The notes: generated by a model not told the origin, from the letters alone. A stretch of DNA of 64,000 nucleotides from Tetramitus jugosus (GCA_937625935.1 OW569387.1:124001-188000); one strand, 5' to 3'; positions 9,869 through 22,200 are shown, numbered from the stretch's first letter. Translations and numbers: made by a program.

Positions 9869-11215
9869 ATGGGAACAGGAAACAGCAAAGAACCGAGTCA
9901 TCACAACACACAAAACCATTACATTGATTTCGCGCCGGGCACTTCCTCCCAAGCCAAATCAAAAAAATCTCGAAACGCATCCTCATCAGACGAAAAGGAT
10001 GATATTTTTGTTCCGACCATGTTTCGTTGGCCCTACAGTGGTCGACGTGTCTTTATCGTAGGAACGTTCAATCACTGGAAGGAAAAAATACCAATGACGT
10101 ACAACTCTGATGAAAATTCGTTTGTTGTCATTTTGAACGTGTCGGTTGGCAGACACTTGTATAGAGTACGCGCCATTTTTTTTTGAACTTTACAAAAATT
10201 TGGTTAACTAAGCAAACAATTTTTTTTTTAGTTTATTGTGGACAATGAGTACAAGACGGATCCAAATGCTTCGACATGCAAGGACGATCAAGGATATCTA
10301 CACAATGTCATTGAAATTGTCGAACCAATCATGAACAAGAAACATGCGAATAATAGTTCAGTCTCTAGAAAGTACTCCACAGGTGTAGGCAGCAGTAGCA
10401 GTGGTGGTAGAGGTGCAAATGGAGGTGGTGGTGGTGCTGGAGAAGGATCACCAATCGATGAAGATGAATCATATGATCCATATGAAGAAGGATATGAGGA
10501 TGATGAAGGTGATGATGAAGAAGACAATGAAGACGTGGATGACGATGAAGATTTTGAAGACGATGGGGAAGAAGAGTACAGTGCAAATGTCATTTCTAAT
10601 GTTGCTGTTTCGAATATTCGGAAAATTAATAGTCATGATCAACCACAACAACAGCAACAAGCAGCGTATTCAGTGTTGAATCATCCGGATGCATCAACAG
10701 TGAGTAGTGGTAAATCTCATCATGTTCATCCTGTTGTTCCACCACTGGCTACACAGCAGCAACCATACAAGGTGACTACGACAGCTCCTCCAACGACAAC
10801 GACGACAAGTGGTGCTACTGCTGTTGATGCATCGCATCATCATCATCACCATCCTGCGACGACGAGAGCAACAACGTCGTCTGCGCATGGTCAGCATGGT
10901 CATGGTCGAACGCACTCGAGAACCGTGTCGGAAGATGTGAATGATCCACAGCAAATGTACACACAGGTAGACCACTTTTTCGAAGAGGATAAGAAGAATC
11001 CACCACTGTTGCCTCCGCATTTGCGTTATACTGTGTTGAACAGTACGAGAAAATCGGTGCATGATCCTGCGCTGTTGCCTGTGCCATTGCACGTGACGGT
11101 GAATCATGCGTACTTTTCTGATCGTGAATCAATGAATGTGATTGGTGTGACACAGAGGTATCGAGACAAGTTTAGCACTGCTGTTTTATATAAGCCAAAG
11201 AAGCTGAAATCATAA
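9869..11215 (+). CDS. PRKAB: AMPK/SNF1 beta subunit; intron 10166-10231
   Basis: MGTGNS myristoylation start, CBM48 (FRWP..GRRVFIVGTFNHWK...HLYR|FIVDN) and C-terminal ASC domain (PPLLPPHL...HVTVNH...TQRYRDKFSTAVLYKP). Confidence 0.93.
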
Positions 11216-11306
11216 CATTTGAGAGAGATTTCACAAAATGACCAATGTTACTTAGTAAATAGAAAGAACCCAAATCCTTTATTGCAGTCAGTTGTCTTGA
11301 ATCCTG

Positions 11307-12515
11307 TTAACAAAACTCAAATTCACACTGGTCGGGGATGTCAAAAGCAGGAAACAAATTATCTGGCAAACCTCTGAAGGCAACTCCCTTGTCCACACCA
11401 TTCACAGAGAAACTCAAACATCCATCCTTGAGTGTCACAGTAATCACTGTTCCATTATCAGAGCATTTCTGAGCATATGCCGTATTACCGTCTCCACTTT
11501 GAGAATAGAGACCGCCTGAAGAACAATAAAGATACCATCCACAGGTTGTGTAATTAATTCCTTCCTTATTGATACCTTGTGGGGCCATTCCAACCATTAG
11601 GTAAGGACAATTGTTCAATAGTCGAATCGAAAAATGATCGCATTTTGTGCCAAGAGCAGCACAGTCCCATACGTTTGAGGAATCTTTTCTGATTCTTCGG
11701 TTCGAGTTCGAAAGGGTTCCCCTGCTCCATCGGTCCAAGGAATCTTTTTTGATTCTTCTGTTCGAGTTCGAAAGGGTTGCCTTGCTTCCACAGAAGGCAG
11801 GTTGAAATGCAACCACAGTTGTTGATCGATCTTCTTCATTGCGTAAGAGCTTGGATGACTTTCTCACTGCAGACATGAGTGCAAAGCTGTATTGAGCTCG
11901 ACTTGCTTCATCCACTTGAATCCAATCATGAACAGCAATGAAAGCTGAGGAATAATTATCTGAATGAACAATGAGGTTCAACACGGTCATCCATTCTTCT
12001 ATACTCAGATTTAAATAGGAATCACCGTTCAATATCTTATCGGAATTCATGACAAACGTACTTCGCACTTTTTCTTTCACTTCCTTGAAAAGTTCATTCT
12101 CCCAATCCAGCTTTATGCATTGCATAAAATTGTTTTCATCGAGATGCTTCATCAACGCTTTCAATAGAATGGGCACTGCGGCTGTGATTTGATATTTTTG
12201 AGCCAAAACAATCATCGAAGCAACACTATCCTTTCTTGGAATCTCAATTTGACCAGTGTAGAAACTACGGACGAGCTCTGTCATTAGAGTATCATCCTCT
12301 TCTTCAATTTTGATGACTCCTTCTCTTGATTCAGTCATGTTGTTGGTTTAGAAACATGCTTTGAAGAAATCACTGTTGGCTTTCAGAATAAGTTTATGGA
12401 GGTACAACTTCTTCTGTTGTTTTGGAAAGACTATCTGACAATCGGAATCTGTTGGATTGTTGAACAGACTTTGGAGGTTACCTAAAGCATATGGGCATGG
12501 CTCAGTGATACTCAT
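11307..12515 (-). pseudogene. BTB-SPRY protein, disrupted tandem copy
   Basis: Near-identical to 12869-14029 but has an in-frame TAA at 12348-12350 (Glu in the intact copy), a 60-bp internal duplication and a 1-nt frameshift just before the stop. Confidence 0.8.
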
Positions 12516-12868
12516 CTTGTTGTGGATCGGTTTGTTTTTTCTTTTTGGAAATGTGAAGGTGGCAAAATTGGGAAAAGCCTGATGACGGATGACGTCGCAA
12601 ATTGTAACGTGCACTGAAGAAAGAATTTTACAACTTGTTTCTCGACTAGCACCGAGCATCAGTGGCAATTGTGGCCTAGTAAAATTCAGGAAGCAAAACG
12701 AAAAACTACTTTAAGAACAATATATTCCTCGCGCAGAGTCTCAGCTGCTATCGGTTTGTTCAGAGATGCCATACTAAAGCTTGATATCAAAGGAATTCAA
12801 AGTTCATAGCAAGACTCGCTCAACACCGTTACTTAGTAAATAGAAAGAACACAAATCCTTTATTGCAG

Positions 12869-14029
12869 TCAGTTGTCTTGAATCCCGTCAACAAACTCAA
12901 ATTCACACTGAGAGTCGCGAATGTCAAAAGCAGGAAACAAATTATCTGGCAAACCTCTGAAAGCAATTCCCTTGTCCACACCATTCACAGAGAAACTCAA
13001 GCATCCATCCTTGAGTGTCACAGTAATCACTGTTCCATTATCATAGCATTTATGAGCATACACCTCATAACTGTCGCCACTTTGAGAAAAGAGAAGGCCT
13101 GAAGAACAATAAAGATACCATCCACAGGTTGTGTGATTATTTCCTTCCTTATTGATACCTTTTGGGGCCATTCCAACCATTAGGTGAGTACACTTGTTCA
13201 ATAGACGGATCGAAAAATGATCGCATTTTGTGCCAAGAGCAGCACAGTCCCATACGTTTGAGGAATCTTTTCTGATACTTCGGTTCGAGTTCGAAAGGGT
13301 TCCCCTGCTTCCACAGAAGGCAGGTTGAAATTCAACCACAGTTGTTGATCGATCTTCTTCATTGCGTAAGAGCTTGGATGACTTTCTTACTGCAGACATG
13401 AGCGCGAAGCTGTATTGGGCTCGACTTGCTTCATCCACTTGAATCCAATCATGAACAGCAATGAAAGCTGAGGAATAATTATCTGAATGAACAATGAGGT
13501 TCAACATGGACATCCATTCTTCTATACTCAAATTTAAATAGGAATCACCGTTCAAAATCTTATCGGAATTCATGAGAAACGTCCTTCGCACTTTTTCTTT
13601 CACTTCCTTGAAAAGTTCATTCTCCCAATCCAGCTTTATGCATTGCATGAAATTGCTTTCATCGAGATGCTTCATCAACGCTTTCAATAGAATGGGCACT
13701 GCGGCTGTGATTTGATATTTTTGAGCCAAAACAATCATCGAAGCAATATCATCCTTGCTTGGAATCTCAATTTGACCAGTGTAGAAACTACGGACGAGCT
13801 CTGTCATTAGGTTCTCATCCCCTTCTTCAATTTTGATGACTCCTTCTCTTGATTCAGTCATGTTGCTCTCAAAACATACTTTGAAGAAATAACTGTTTGC
13901 TTTCAGGATAAGTTGATGGAGATACAACTTCTTCTGTTGTTTTGGAAAGACTATCTGACAATCGGAGTCTGTTGGATTGTTGAACAGACTTTGGAGGTTA
14001 TTGAAAGAATATGGCACAGTGATACTCAT
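12869..14029 (-). CDS. BTB/POZ-(BACK-like)-SPRY protein
   Basis: BTB (SDCQIVF...LHQLILKANS.FF...MTES); SPRY-like C-terminus (LMVGMAP, GWYLYC..G, LSFSVNGVDKGIAF, LFPAF). Confidence 0.9.
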   Translation of the reverse strand: MSITVPYSFNNLQSLFNNPTDSDCQIVFPKQQKKLYLHQLILKANSYFFKVCFESNMTESREGVIKIEEGDENLMTELVRSFYTGQIEIPSKDDIASMIVLAQKYQITAAVPILLKALMKHLDESNFMQCIKLDWENELFKEVKEKVRRTFLMNSDKILNGDSYLNLSIEEWMSMLNLIVHSDNYSSAFIAVHDWIQVDEASRAQYSFALMSAVRKSSKLLRNEEDRSTTVVEFQPAFCGSRGTLSNSNRSIRKDSSNVWDCAALGTKCDHFSIRLLNKCTHLMVGMAPKGINKEGNNHTTCGWYLYCSSGLLFSQSGDSYEVYAHKCYDNGTVITVTLKDGCLSFSVNGVDKGIAFRGLPDNLFPAFDIRDSQCEFEFVDGIQDN

Positions 14030-14207
14030 CCTGTTGGTGCTAAGTTTGTTTTCCTGAATAAGAAGGTGGCGAAATATTTACGGCTAATCTGAAGAAAGAA
14101 TTTTACCACTTGTTTCTCAACTAGCACCGAGTATCTCAGTGGCAATGTTTTAAGCTTGCGACCTTAAACATTAGTTGGTGTTGTTGCCAATATCAAAGTA
14201 TGTATTT

Positions 14208-15286
14208 TTATTTTATCTTTGAATGTTGATTCGTAAGTTCGAGGTATTGCTGAACACGACTCTCAGGCATTGCTTTCACAATTGGATACAAGATGTTGGA
14301 GTGATACGTAATCTTGTTCATTGGATCAGTGTACTTGCCAATCAAACCAGTCAGCATGCAGTACTTTTTCTTTGGATACATGGACCACGTTGGTTCAATA
14401 TTTACATCTGTGTGGAGAAGACAATTGTGAGTGCGTGTCACAATAAAATAAAAGCCACCCAAATAATAATAAACATACATGTTGGTACAGAGGGAGGATA
14501 TGATCCATAGTCCTCCAACGACAAAATTTGTTTCAAATTCTTGTGAACGTTCCGAGCAGGTGGAGCCTTCTTTCCTTTTCCCTTTGTAGCTTTTTGTTCA
14601 TTGTCCTTGTTGTGCACCTTTGATACTTTAAATGATAAAATGTGAGTATCAACCTCCACTTCTTCACTGTCCTCTTCAGTTTCTGGTGTAATAGGTGATG
14701 GTGTCACCACTGGTTTTGTGGCAGTGACCTTTTTCTTGCTCAAAACTCTCTTGTTGTTTGATGCTTTCCTTGTTGGAGTTCGCACAGCAGTTGATGCTTC
14801 AACCTCTTCCTGATCATCAACAATGGTTAGCTCAGATTCACCATCCTCTGCTTCTTGCTTGGGTTGTTCCTTTGCTATGTCCTCGTCTTCCTCTTCATAG
14901 CTTTCAGTGATCCTTGCGCGTTTGGCCGTTGATCGACGCGTTCTCGTGGAAGCTAAGGTTTCCGTCACCTCAGCGGAAGCTGCTCTCTTCCGCGTCGTAG
15001 TGGCGGCAGTCTTTTTTTTGGCGGGAGTAGCGGACTTTTTGGTTGCTTTGCTTTTGGCGGGAGTAGCTTGTTTTTTCGTGACTCTCTTGGTGCGCTTGCT
15101 ACGACTCGTACTATACTCAAAATCTGAATCATTGTCATCAGCAATCTGCAATTCGTCTTCTTCATCTCCATCTTCGTTTTTGGTATTTTCATTGTTATTG
15201 TAATCATCATCACTTGCACGATATTCTTCTTCGTCACTCGTTGATGAAGCTTTGCGTGTTAATGCACGTCTTCTTCTTGTTGTCAT
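14208..15286 (-). CDS. IES6: INO80 complex subunit C (Ies6), YL1_C domain; intron 14408-14478
   Basis: Splicing yields KNLKQIL...PTYVNIEPTWSMYPKKKYCMLTGLIGKYTDP...YLEL, the Ies6 signature. Confidence 0.88.
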
Positions 15287-15442
15287 GATGATGATGTTTT
15301 TGTTTGATGATTCAGCCGTTTTTGTTCAATGATCAAAAAGCTTTTCTTTGATGGAGAAAAAGCAAAACGTGCAATTTTGGATTAAAATGGGTTCTTCTTG
15401 TGGTGCAAGTTCAACTTCTTAGAAAATAATTGATAGAAAACA

Positions 15443-17810
15443 ATGAAAGAAGATCAAAGTTGTGATATGACTCAAGTGCATTCTATAGTCAGAGAATGGA
15501 CTTTAGGTAAGGAGCTGTTGCGGAATGACCTACAAGAAGAGGATAGAGAGCAAAAGTTGAATGAATTCTTGAAGATGAGAGGTTCAGATTGTCCTTTTGA
15601 CTCTTGTCTTTCAGCAAATGTTGCACAGAGAGTTGTTCTTTTGACTCATGACCATGAGAGTGAAGCACTGTTGGATGTGGTAGATAAGAACACGAATTTG
15701 CTTAATCTGGAATTGTTCACTTTTGAGAGAATGACTGGTTACAAAGATGGTTCTGTGTTGTTGTCTGATAAGAATGTCGAAATGGATGTCTTTGGTCGAT
15801 CTGCAGAGTATTTAAAACGATGTGCACTCATTGTGCATCATCATGTAGCACAAATGAGTTCATCCGAGTTCAGTTCGTTGAACGTGTCGTACATTTTTGA
15901 GGAACCTCGTGTATTCGAATGGGCGTATGAAGCTCATATATCTCCTCAGCAGAAATCTCTCTTTTCGTTCACATTGTTGGTGCCGTTCTTAGAACGAGTG
16001 ATCCAAGATGCAATGTTCAATCATTTGATAATTGGAGCGAATTCAGTGGATGAACAAGTTGTAAGTTCAAAGATCCCAAACAAGTTAAATGATCTTCTTA
16101 TAACTGCAGAAGTCGAAAGTGTATTTGGTACTGATGTGGTGTTTCTGTTACGATCGTTTATTGGCCCTCTAAGTGGCCTAAATCTTCGAAACGTAGCGAT
16201 CCATGGTTTTATGAAGCCTTCCGAATTTCATCCTGCCTATACATCCCTGCTTTTGTTGTTAGTTCCCACGATATCTAATATTCTCCAACAGAAATTTAAC
16301 GATCGTTACTGTAGGAGAGTGTTGAAGACATTGTCGAACTCTTATGGTTTTGAGGGATCCTTAGTTGTTCATAACAACTCTAATCTGGACGAGGAATCTA
16401 AATGGAAAGAATTATTAGATCATTCGTTATTTGTGATGGCCCCTTGGAAGGAGTCTTGGATGGATGCCATTCGATTGTATCATGAAGGCTTGGTTTACCA
16501 CAGTCTTGTTGCATTGTTTCCACTCATAGAGCACTCGATCAGAAGAATATTTGTTTGTACAAATCAGAGAGGTAATTTGCTAGACATGCTATGGATATCA
16601 AGACTGTTGACTGCTGATACAACAGTTCTGTATACAACACTCGATATTTTACTGGCAAATACGATGAATGGAACATCTAGTACGAGTGTTGAGTGTAATG
16701 CTATCTTTGAAGAGCTCGATGTTTCTATAGAAAATCTTATTTTTGACATACTCGTGTGGACGAAAACAGAAGATATAGAACTAAAGTTGACATATGACTG
16801 TCCAAGGATACGAGACCACGTGTGTCATGGTAATATAGATCCCATGTCGGTATCACCCATCATTGCTGATCGTGTTATGGTTATGTGCTTGGCTCTTATG
16901 GCTAGATTCGACATTCGTAATCGAACTGATGTTTGGCCAGAGGCTGTGAAACAATCAATGAGTTATGTCAATTGTTCATATACTCCCTTGTTCCATCCGA
17001 AAAGTTTATTGTCGAAAGAAATTGGGCAATGTATGATCTCAATAGAAAGATTCTATCACTTAATTCACTCGACAACAGAATTAGAGAAGAGTAATTCTGA
17101 TGATCCTACGATACACACAGTTGAAACGCACTTGATCAATGTGATAGAATCAGTGATCCATGACTCAATGAGAGATAGATTGGTGTTACCTCAGTGTATC
17201 CAGAAGGACATGAACATATCTGGCTTAGGAGAGAAATGGAACCACATTCTGTTCAGTGTCAACTGTCATGACAAGGAGCTATCAATTGTAAGTTGCCTTT
17301 TTGTTTTGCCTTGTCCTCTACAATACTTACCATACATTGAAATAATAGATTTTGACCTGCAGAAAGATTGTAAACCATGTGCTGCATCTCGAACAAGCTC
17401 TAACGAGCTCTATATTGCACCTTCAACAAAAAGTTCAGGAAAGAACTGCATGGAAAAGAGATAGAAAGTATTTCGCTGCGTTGGGCAGATACTCTCGTTG
17501 CATGCTTCTACTTCTGTCACTTCTTTCCATCATTAGTCAAGTTGAACTGTTGGAATTGTGTTCGAAACAGGCACACTTCGTATCGAACAACGACCTATTG
17601 CAAAGGATATGGAAGTTCTCTGGATCACTGCACGGAGCAATCAAGGGCAACAAACTCGACAAGGCGTTCGAGCTCGTGCATGCTTTCTTCATTGGAAAGA
17701 ACGAGAGTTATCCTCACTACAAATCCTTGTCCACCAAGGAGTCGGATGGCCTCCTGACCCATATCCACCACAGATTTCATCAACTCATCAATGCTGACTC
17801 ATGGCTCTGA
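15443..17810 (+). CDS. ERMARD: ERMARD-like DUF4209 protein; intron 17288-17348
   Basis: GPLSGLNLRNVAIHGF, LFPLIEHSIRRIF, LYTTLDILL and PRIRDHVCHG motifs. A phase-0 GTAAGT...ATAG intron joins the 17352-17810 frame. Confidence 0.85.
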
Positions 17811-18009
17811 ATATCCCCGCTTCCACGAAATCCCCTTGCCTTATTCGATCGGCGGGCAAACAAAAAAGTTGTAACACCTGTCAAGAGGTTTGACGTTTTG
17901 TGTCATCTCATGAATCCGAAGTTAATTTTCTCTGTTCCAAAAACACACACTACTTCCTACTTGTAATCAATCGAGAGAACAACAAAACAACAAACACAAG
18001 ATAGTAACA

Positions 18010-20967
18010 ATGGACTCATCGGACAACAACAATCAAGAAGCTAAACCATTGTCGCACGTACAAAGGATTCGCGCCACAGTGTTCAATCACACTCCTCCTT
18101 CACTTGTTTCACAACAACAACAACAACAACAACCCACCACCAATCGAACATCACCACCTCACTTGCCTGCACGTAGAGAAACAGTGAAACCAACAAGCCT
18201 GCCACAATCACATCAAAACAAATCTTCTCCTATGACCTCCGCCAATGCAACAATAACCGTTGGCGCGTCCCCACCTTCCGAAAATGTAAATTCCGCGCAA
18301 GTCGGAGAAACTCAAACGGCCCCACATACAAGAAATCGTATGGCGGCGCTCATGAACTCATCTACGACGACACCCACAAATACGACAGGGCATCACAGCG
18401 CCCCTGTTGTATCGCGACAACATCACCGACATCAGACGATACGCCCAGCTTCGCACAGTCCCTTCTCTACGACTCCCCCTCCTGCTACAGCAGCCACCAC
18501 TGCTTCAACGACTTCATCATCAACGACGACAAGTTCGAATACTCCTCCTGTTACAGCAGGCAGAGCTAGCAATGCTTCTGATTGGAGAGCTAGTATTGAA
18601 GCTTTTCGTTCAGGAGGTTCCAACGGTGGTCTCATGGATCACTTGCAACAACAATTTGGACATGAAACGACTCAACCAAGCAACCGTTTCTCCATGAAGG
18701 TCAACAATAACAATAATAGTAATAATGCGATCAACAATACAACAAAAACATCATGTCATCAAAACGACATGGAATCAACAGCTCACTTAGCTCCAGCATC
18801 AGAAAAACCGTTGACCATTCAAGTCAAGCTCTTTGAGACCACAGATACGATCACTACTGTACAATGCACGGACCCTGACACCTCCATTCGCACCTTTTTA
18901 CAAAATTTAATTTTAAACTACATCATGAAAGGTGCCAACAACACCAACACCACCAACAACAACAACACCAACACCAACAACAACGCTAACACTAACAAAA
19001 ATGATGTAGTCAATACAAGCAACGAAAACGCAGTCAATCAAATCATGAACATGTACAGTTTCCTCCTAGTGAACCAAATGGCCTATCACACCAACAATCG
19101 ATGGATTGTGGATTATGATACTCCGATGCGTCACTTGAGACAATGTGGAGATCATCGTTCAGTGCTTCACTTTATCAGCAAGAACAAAAAAGTCAATGTC
19201 ATTGTTCGATCGTCCTCTTCTGATCACAGTCATCATCATGGTCACAATCATCATCATCAGAATCAACAACACACATTTTCATTGTCAGTGCCCATGGATG
19301 AAACGTGGACAGTCGCTCAATTGACACTTGAAATTGCAAAGAAATTGGCTGTCAAGAGACCGTATGACATGGATTTTGGTTTGAGACATTTTTCATTGTC
19401 AGTCAAAAGTAGTAGTAGTAGTGGTGGTAGTAGTAGCAGTAGTAGCATGATTAGTGAGAGTGGAAGTGGTGTTGATGATGATAAGAATATTTTGTTGAAG
19501 AATCGATACTTGGATAGTCCTTGGTTGGACATGGAATTGTCATTGAGAGAACAAGGGTTCGATCCAGCGAGTGACTATGTGGTGTTTAGTCGTCGATTCT
19601 TCTTTTATTTTGATGAGATGATTCAACAGTCTGAAATGTTGTTTGATTTGGTGTCAATGACCTTTTTTGATGCACGGTGCAAGTTTTTGAGTGGAGCGAT
19701 TGATATGAATGTTGCTAGTCAATCACAGGTAGCATCATCATCGTCATCGTCATCATCATCAGCATTATTGCCATCGAGTACGTTGTCATCATCGGAAACC
19801 GACACACTGAGTCCAGAATTGATTGATTTGATTGCGGTGGAAGCTCTAGGTGCAGGCATCAATCAATCCATGCTCGCCAAGGACAAGAAACTGTTCAAGT
19901 TGTTGATCCCGGAGAGCAAATTGAAAACGTATGAAGCGAATAAGCTCAAGATTCGAAAGGATATCATTCAATGTGTCACAACAAAGAGTACAAAGACCAA
20001 TGAGAACATGGCACAGAAAAAGTTTATTGAAGCAGTTTCAAGGGATCACTTGTACAAGATGGATCTCTATCCTGCGACGACAAAGCTTCCTGGTACAGAA
20101 GGCGCTGCAGAGGTATTGATTGGTGTAGATACTATGGCCGTGTACATGATTCATAGAAGGAACAGAAATGTGTTGCAACAGTACGACTTGGACGGTATTA
20201 CTCACTTTGCCGGTCTCAAGGCCAGCTTCCATTTGATTGCTGTTGTGCGTGGTAAGCAAGGAAGAACAGAATTCGATACAGAGTATGGCAAACAGATTGA
20301 AAATGCAGTTCAATGCTGTATCATTGCTGCTCGAAGTATGAGAAGAAGACCTCCATCTGCTGCTACGGCTCCTACTACCACCAGCAGCAACAATCCGATC
20401 AATGATTTCGAAACGATGCTCAAGGATGGTGAATTGGTGAAGAAGGCACAGGATGAATTGTTTGATTTGGAGCGTAAAATGTTCAATACGGGATCATTGA
20501 GAGATTTGTGTTCAACAGAGGTCAGCACAAGTCTGCATCCACTGCCCAACACAAACAATTTGGAGTTGGAGACGATGGAGAAGCTCATCAAGAACGAAGC
20601 AGAAGTTCGCTGCCTATCCATGTACAAGAATGTGATCAAGGGATATTTAGACGCGACGCGAGTGGGTACGTATAACCGTTCTGTGCCAACCATGAAGAGC
20701 GAGTTGGATCAAGTGATACTGGATATTGAACAACAACAATCCAATCCGGATCAACATTCTATCCAAAGGTTAAAGGAACTTGTTGATTCTCAGTATTCAT
20801 CCTTAGTGAATTATGAAAATTATCTGCATAGCAAAGCTGAGCTGCTGTTGCGAAAACGAGAGGATTTTATCATTAACAACAGTCAAGCCAACAATCATCT
20901 GATGAGACAAAATACGCCTCCTAAGCTGGTTGATAAGCTGAGAGCTCACACTATTCTGAGCAAATAA
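18010..20967 (+). CDS. FERM-domain protein with a talin-head-like signature and C-terminal coiled coil
   Basis: WLDMELSLREQG, FSRRFFFYFD, FFDARCKFLSG, VLIGV and TEYGKQIENAV resemble talin F1-F3 motifs. Confidence 0.7.
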   Translation: MDSSDNNNQEAKPLSHVQRIRATVFNHTPPSLVSQQQQQQQPTTNRTSPPHLPARRETVKPTSLPQSHQNKSSPMTSANATITVGASPPSENVNSAQVGETQTAPHTRNRMAALMNSSTTTPTNTTGHHSAPVVSRQHHRHQTIRPASHSPFSTTPPPATAATTASTTSSSTTTSSNTPPVTAGRASNASDWRASIEAFRSGGSNGGLMDHLQQQFGHETTQPSNRFSMKVNNNNNSNNAINNTTKTSCHQNDMESTAHLAPASEKPLTIQVKLFETTDTITTVQCTDPDTSIRTFLQNLILNYIMKGANNTNTTNNNNTNTNNNANTNKNDVVNTSNENAVNQIMNMYSFLLVNQMAYHTNNRWIVDYDTPMRHLRQCGDHRSVLHFISKNKKVNVIVRSSSSDHSHHHGHNHHHQNQQHTFSLSVPMDETWTVAQLTLEIAKKLAVKRPYDMDFGLRHFSLSVKSSSSSGGSSSSSSMISESGSGVDDDKNILLKNRYLDSPWLDMELSLREQGFDPASDYVVFSRRFFFYFDEMIQQSEMLFDLVSMTFFDARCKFLSGAIDMNVASQSQVASSSSSSSSSALLPSSTLSSSETDTLSPELIDLIAVEALGAGINQSMLAKDKKLFKLLIPESKLKTYEANKLKIRKDIIQCVTTKSTKTNENMAQKKFIEAVSRDHLYKMDLYPATTKLPGTEGAAEVLIGVDTMAVYMIHRRNRNVLQQYDLDGITHFAGLKASFHLIAVVRGKQGRTEFDTEYGKQIENAVQCCIIAARSMRRRPPSAATAPTTTSSNNPINDFETMLKDGELVKKAQDELFDLERKMFNTGSLRDLCSTEVSTSLHPLPNTNNLELETMEKLIKNEAEVRCLSMYKNVIKGYLDATRVGTYNRSVPTMKSELDQVILDIEQQQSNPDQHSIQRLKELVDSQYSSLVNYENYLHSKAELLLRKREDFIINNSQANNHLMRQNTPPKLVDKLRAHTILSK

Positions 20968-21096
20968 ACTTGTGTGGATAAAAGCTAAGCTATTCTTAAA
21001 TTAATTTTTTATGTTCGAACTCACGACAACAACATTGGAACTTGTTGAAAAATCTCATCTCGTGGAAACAAAGACAAAGAGTGACAAGAGGATAAA

Positions 21097-22056
21097 ATGC
21101 AACTGGATATCCTCTCCGCTGATGTGCTGGGAGAAATACTACTTTTCCTGCCAATTGAAAACCTTCCCAGTGTTCTCCTTGCCAATCGTTATCTGAGAGA
21201 GATTGCAGATTCTGAGACACAATGGCGTCTGGTGTATTTCATTATGAGACCAGCAGTGACTCCTCCCAAGAAAGAGAATGTTCCACCCGTGAGTGGGACT
21301 GGTCATGAAACAAACAGAGACAAGATGTTTCCTCACGAGACATGGAAGTACAATGTACAAATGACAAGAAATCACAGATGGAGTCCATACTTTATTGATT
21401 CAGAGGGCAACAAGATTACGAACTCAATGGGTCCAATTATTGATGAGAGTGGAAAGGAGCTTCGATTCACCAAAAATGTCAAAGATAGAGTGTACAGAAT
21501 AGCAAATACTGTGCGACCTATAAACACGAGAGGCCAGACCAGAATTGATCTCAAAGTTCAAATGTGCCTCGAGGATGGAAGAGGTGTTGGTGATGTTCGC
21601 TCATTCTGTTCCAGCTGGGTGCTCCTAGGAATTATCGATGAGAGCATTCTACGTGATTTGTACACGAGTGAGAAAGACAAGTATGTCTATTTGGGAGAGT
21701 TAGAACAGGGAGAAAACATTGGATATGCCAACAATGGATGCTTTTCACGGGTAAAGAAGATAGATTGGACTGACAAGTTCTATTCGGGTGATGTGATAAC
21801 CTATATTGTGGATGCAGAATATGAGTATGAAGCGGCAAAAGAGTCTAATTGGGAGAAGCCTTATGGATTGTTGACTTGCCTGCTCAATGGTATTGAAGCT
21901 GAAATACGGTCATACACTGGCATATTTGCCAACCCTGATGCTCGACTCTACTTTTGCACTCAAGTGGATGAAGATTGCCGTGAAAATGGAATTGTAACAA
22001 CCATTCAACCATTCAATGAGCTTCTTCAAAGAGTAGAACAACTATCCGTTGAATAA
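21097..22056 (+). CDS. F-box + SPRY-like protein
   Basis: F-box LSADVLGEILLFLP...WR; SPRY-like WVLLGII, GYANNG and FYSGDVITYIVD. Confidence 0.75.
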   Translation: MQLDILSADVLGEILLFLPIENLPSVLLANRYLREIADSETQWRLVYFIMRPAVTPPKKENVPPVSGTGHETNRDKMFPHETWKYNVQMTRNHRWSPYFIDSEGNKITNSMGPIIDESGKELRFTKNVKDRVYRIANTVRPINTRGQTRIDLKVQMCLEDGRGVGDVRSFCSSWVLLGIIDESILRDLYTSEKDKYVYLGELEQGENIGYANNGCFSRVKKIDWTDKFYSGDVITYIVDAEYEYEAAKESNWEKPYGLLTCLLNGIEAEIRSYTGIFANPDARLYFCTQVDEDCRENGIVTTIQPFNELLQRVEQLSVE

Positions 22057-22200
22057 AGTGAGTGTTGGTGCTACGTTGTTGTATTCCAAGGTACAAAGAG
22101 CAGTTGACGGAGAGACCTTGAAACTTTGTCATAGGCCCTGTCTATTGGCTTCCAGTCAATCGACACTGTTTTATAGATCATTCATACGCACCTCTAACTT

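Larger units (their letters stand above)
11247..14147. repeat. Tandem segmental duplication (units ~11247-12669 and ~12828-14147)
   Basis: Both units share the flanks GTTACTTAGTAAATAGAAAGAAC and GAAGAAAGAATTTTAC...CTAGCACCGAG...AGTGGCAAT as well as the coding sequence. Confidence 0.9.
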
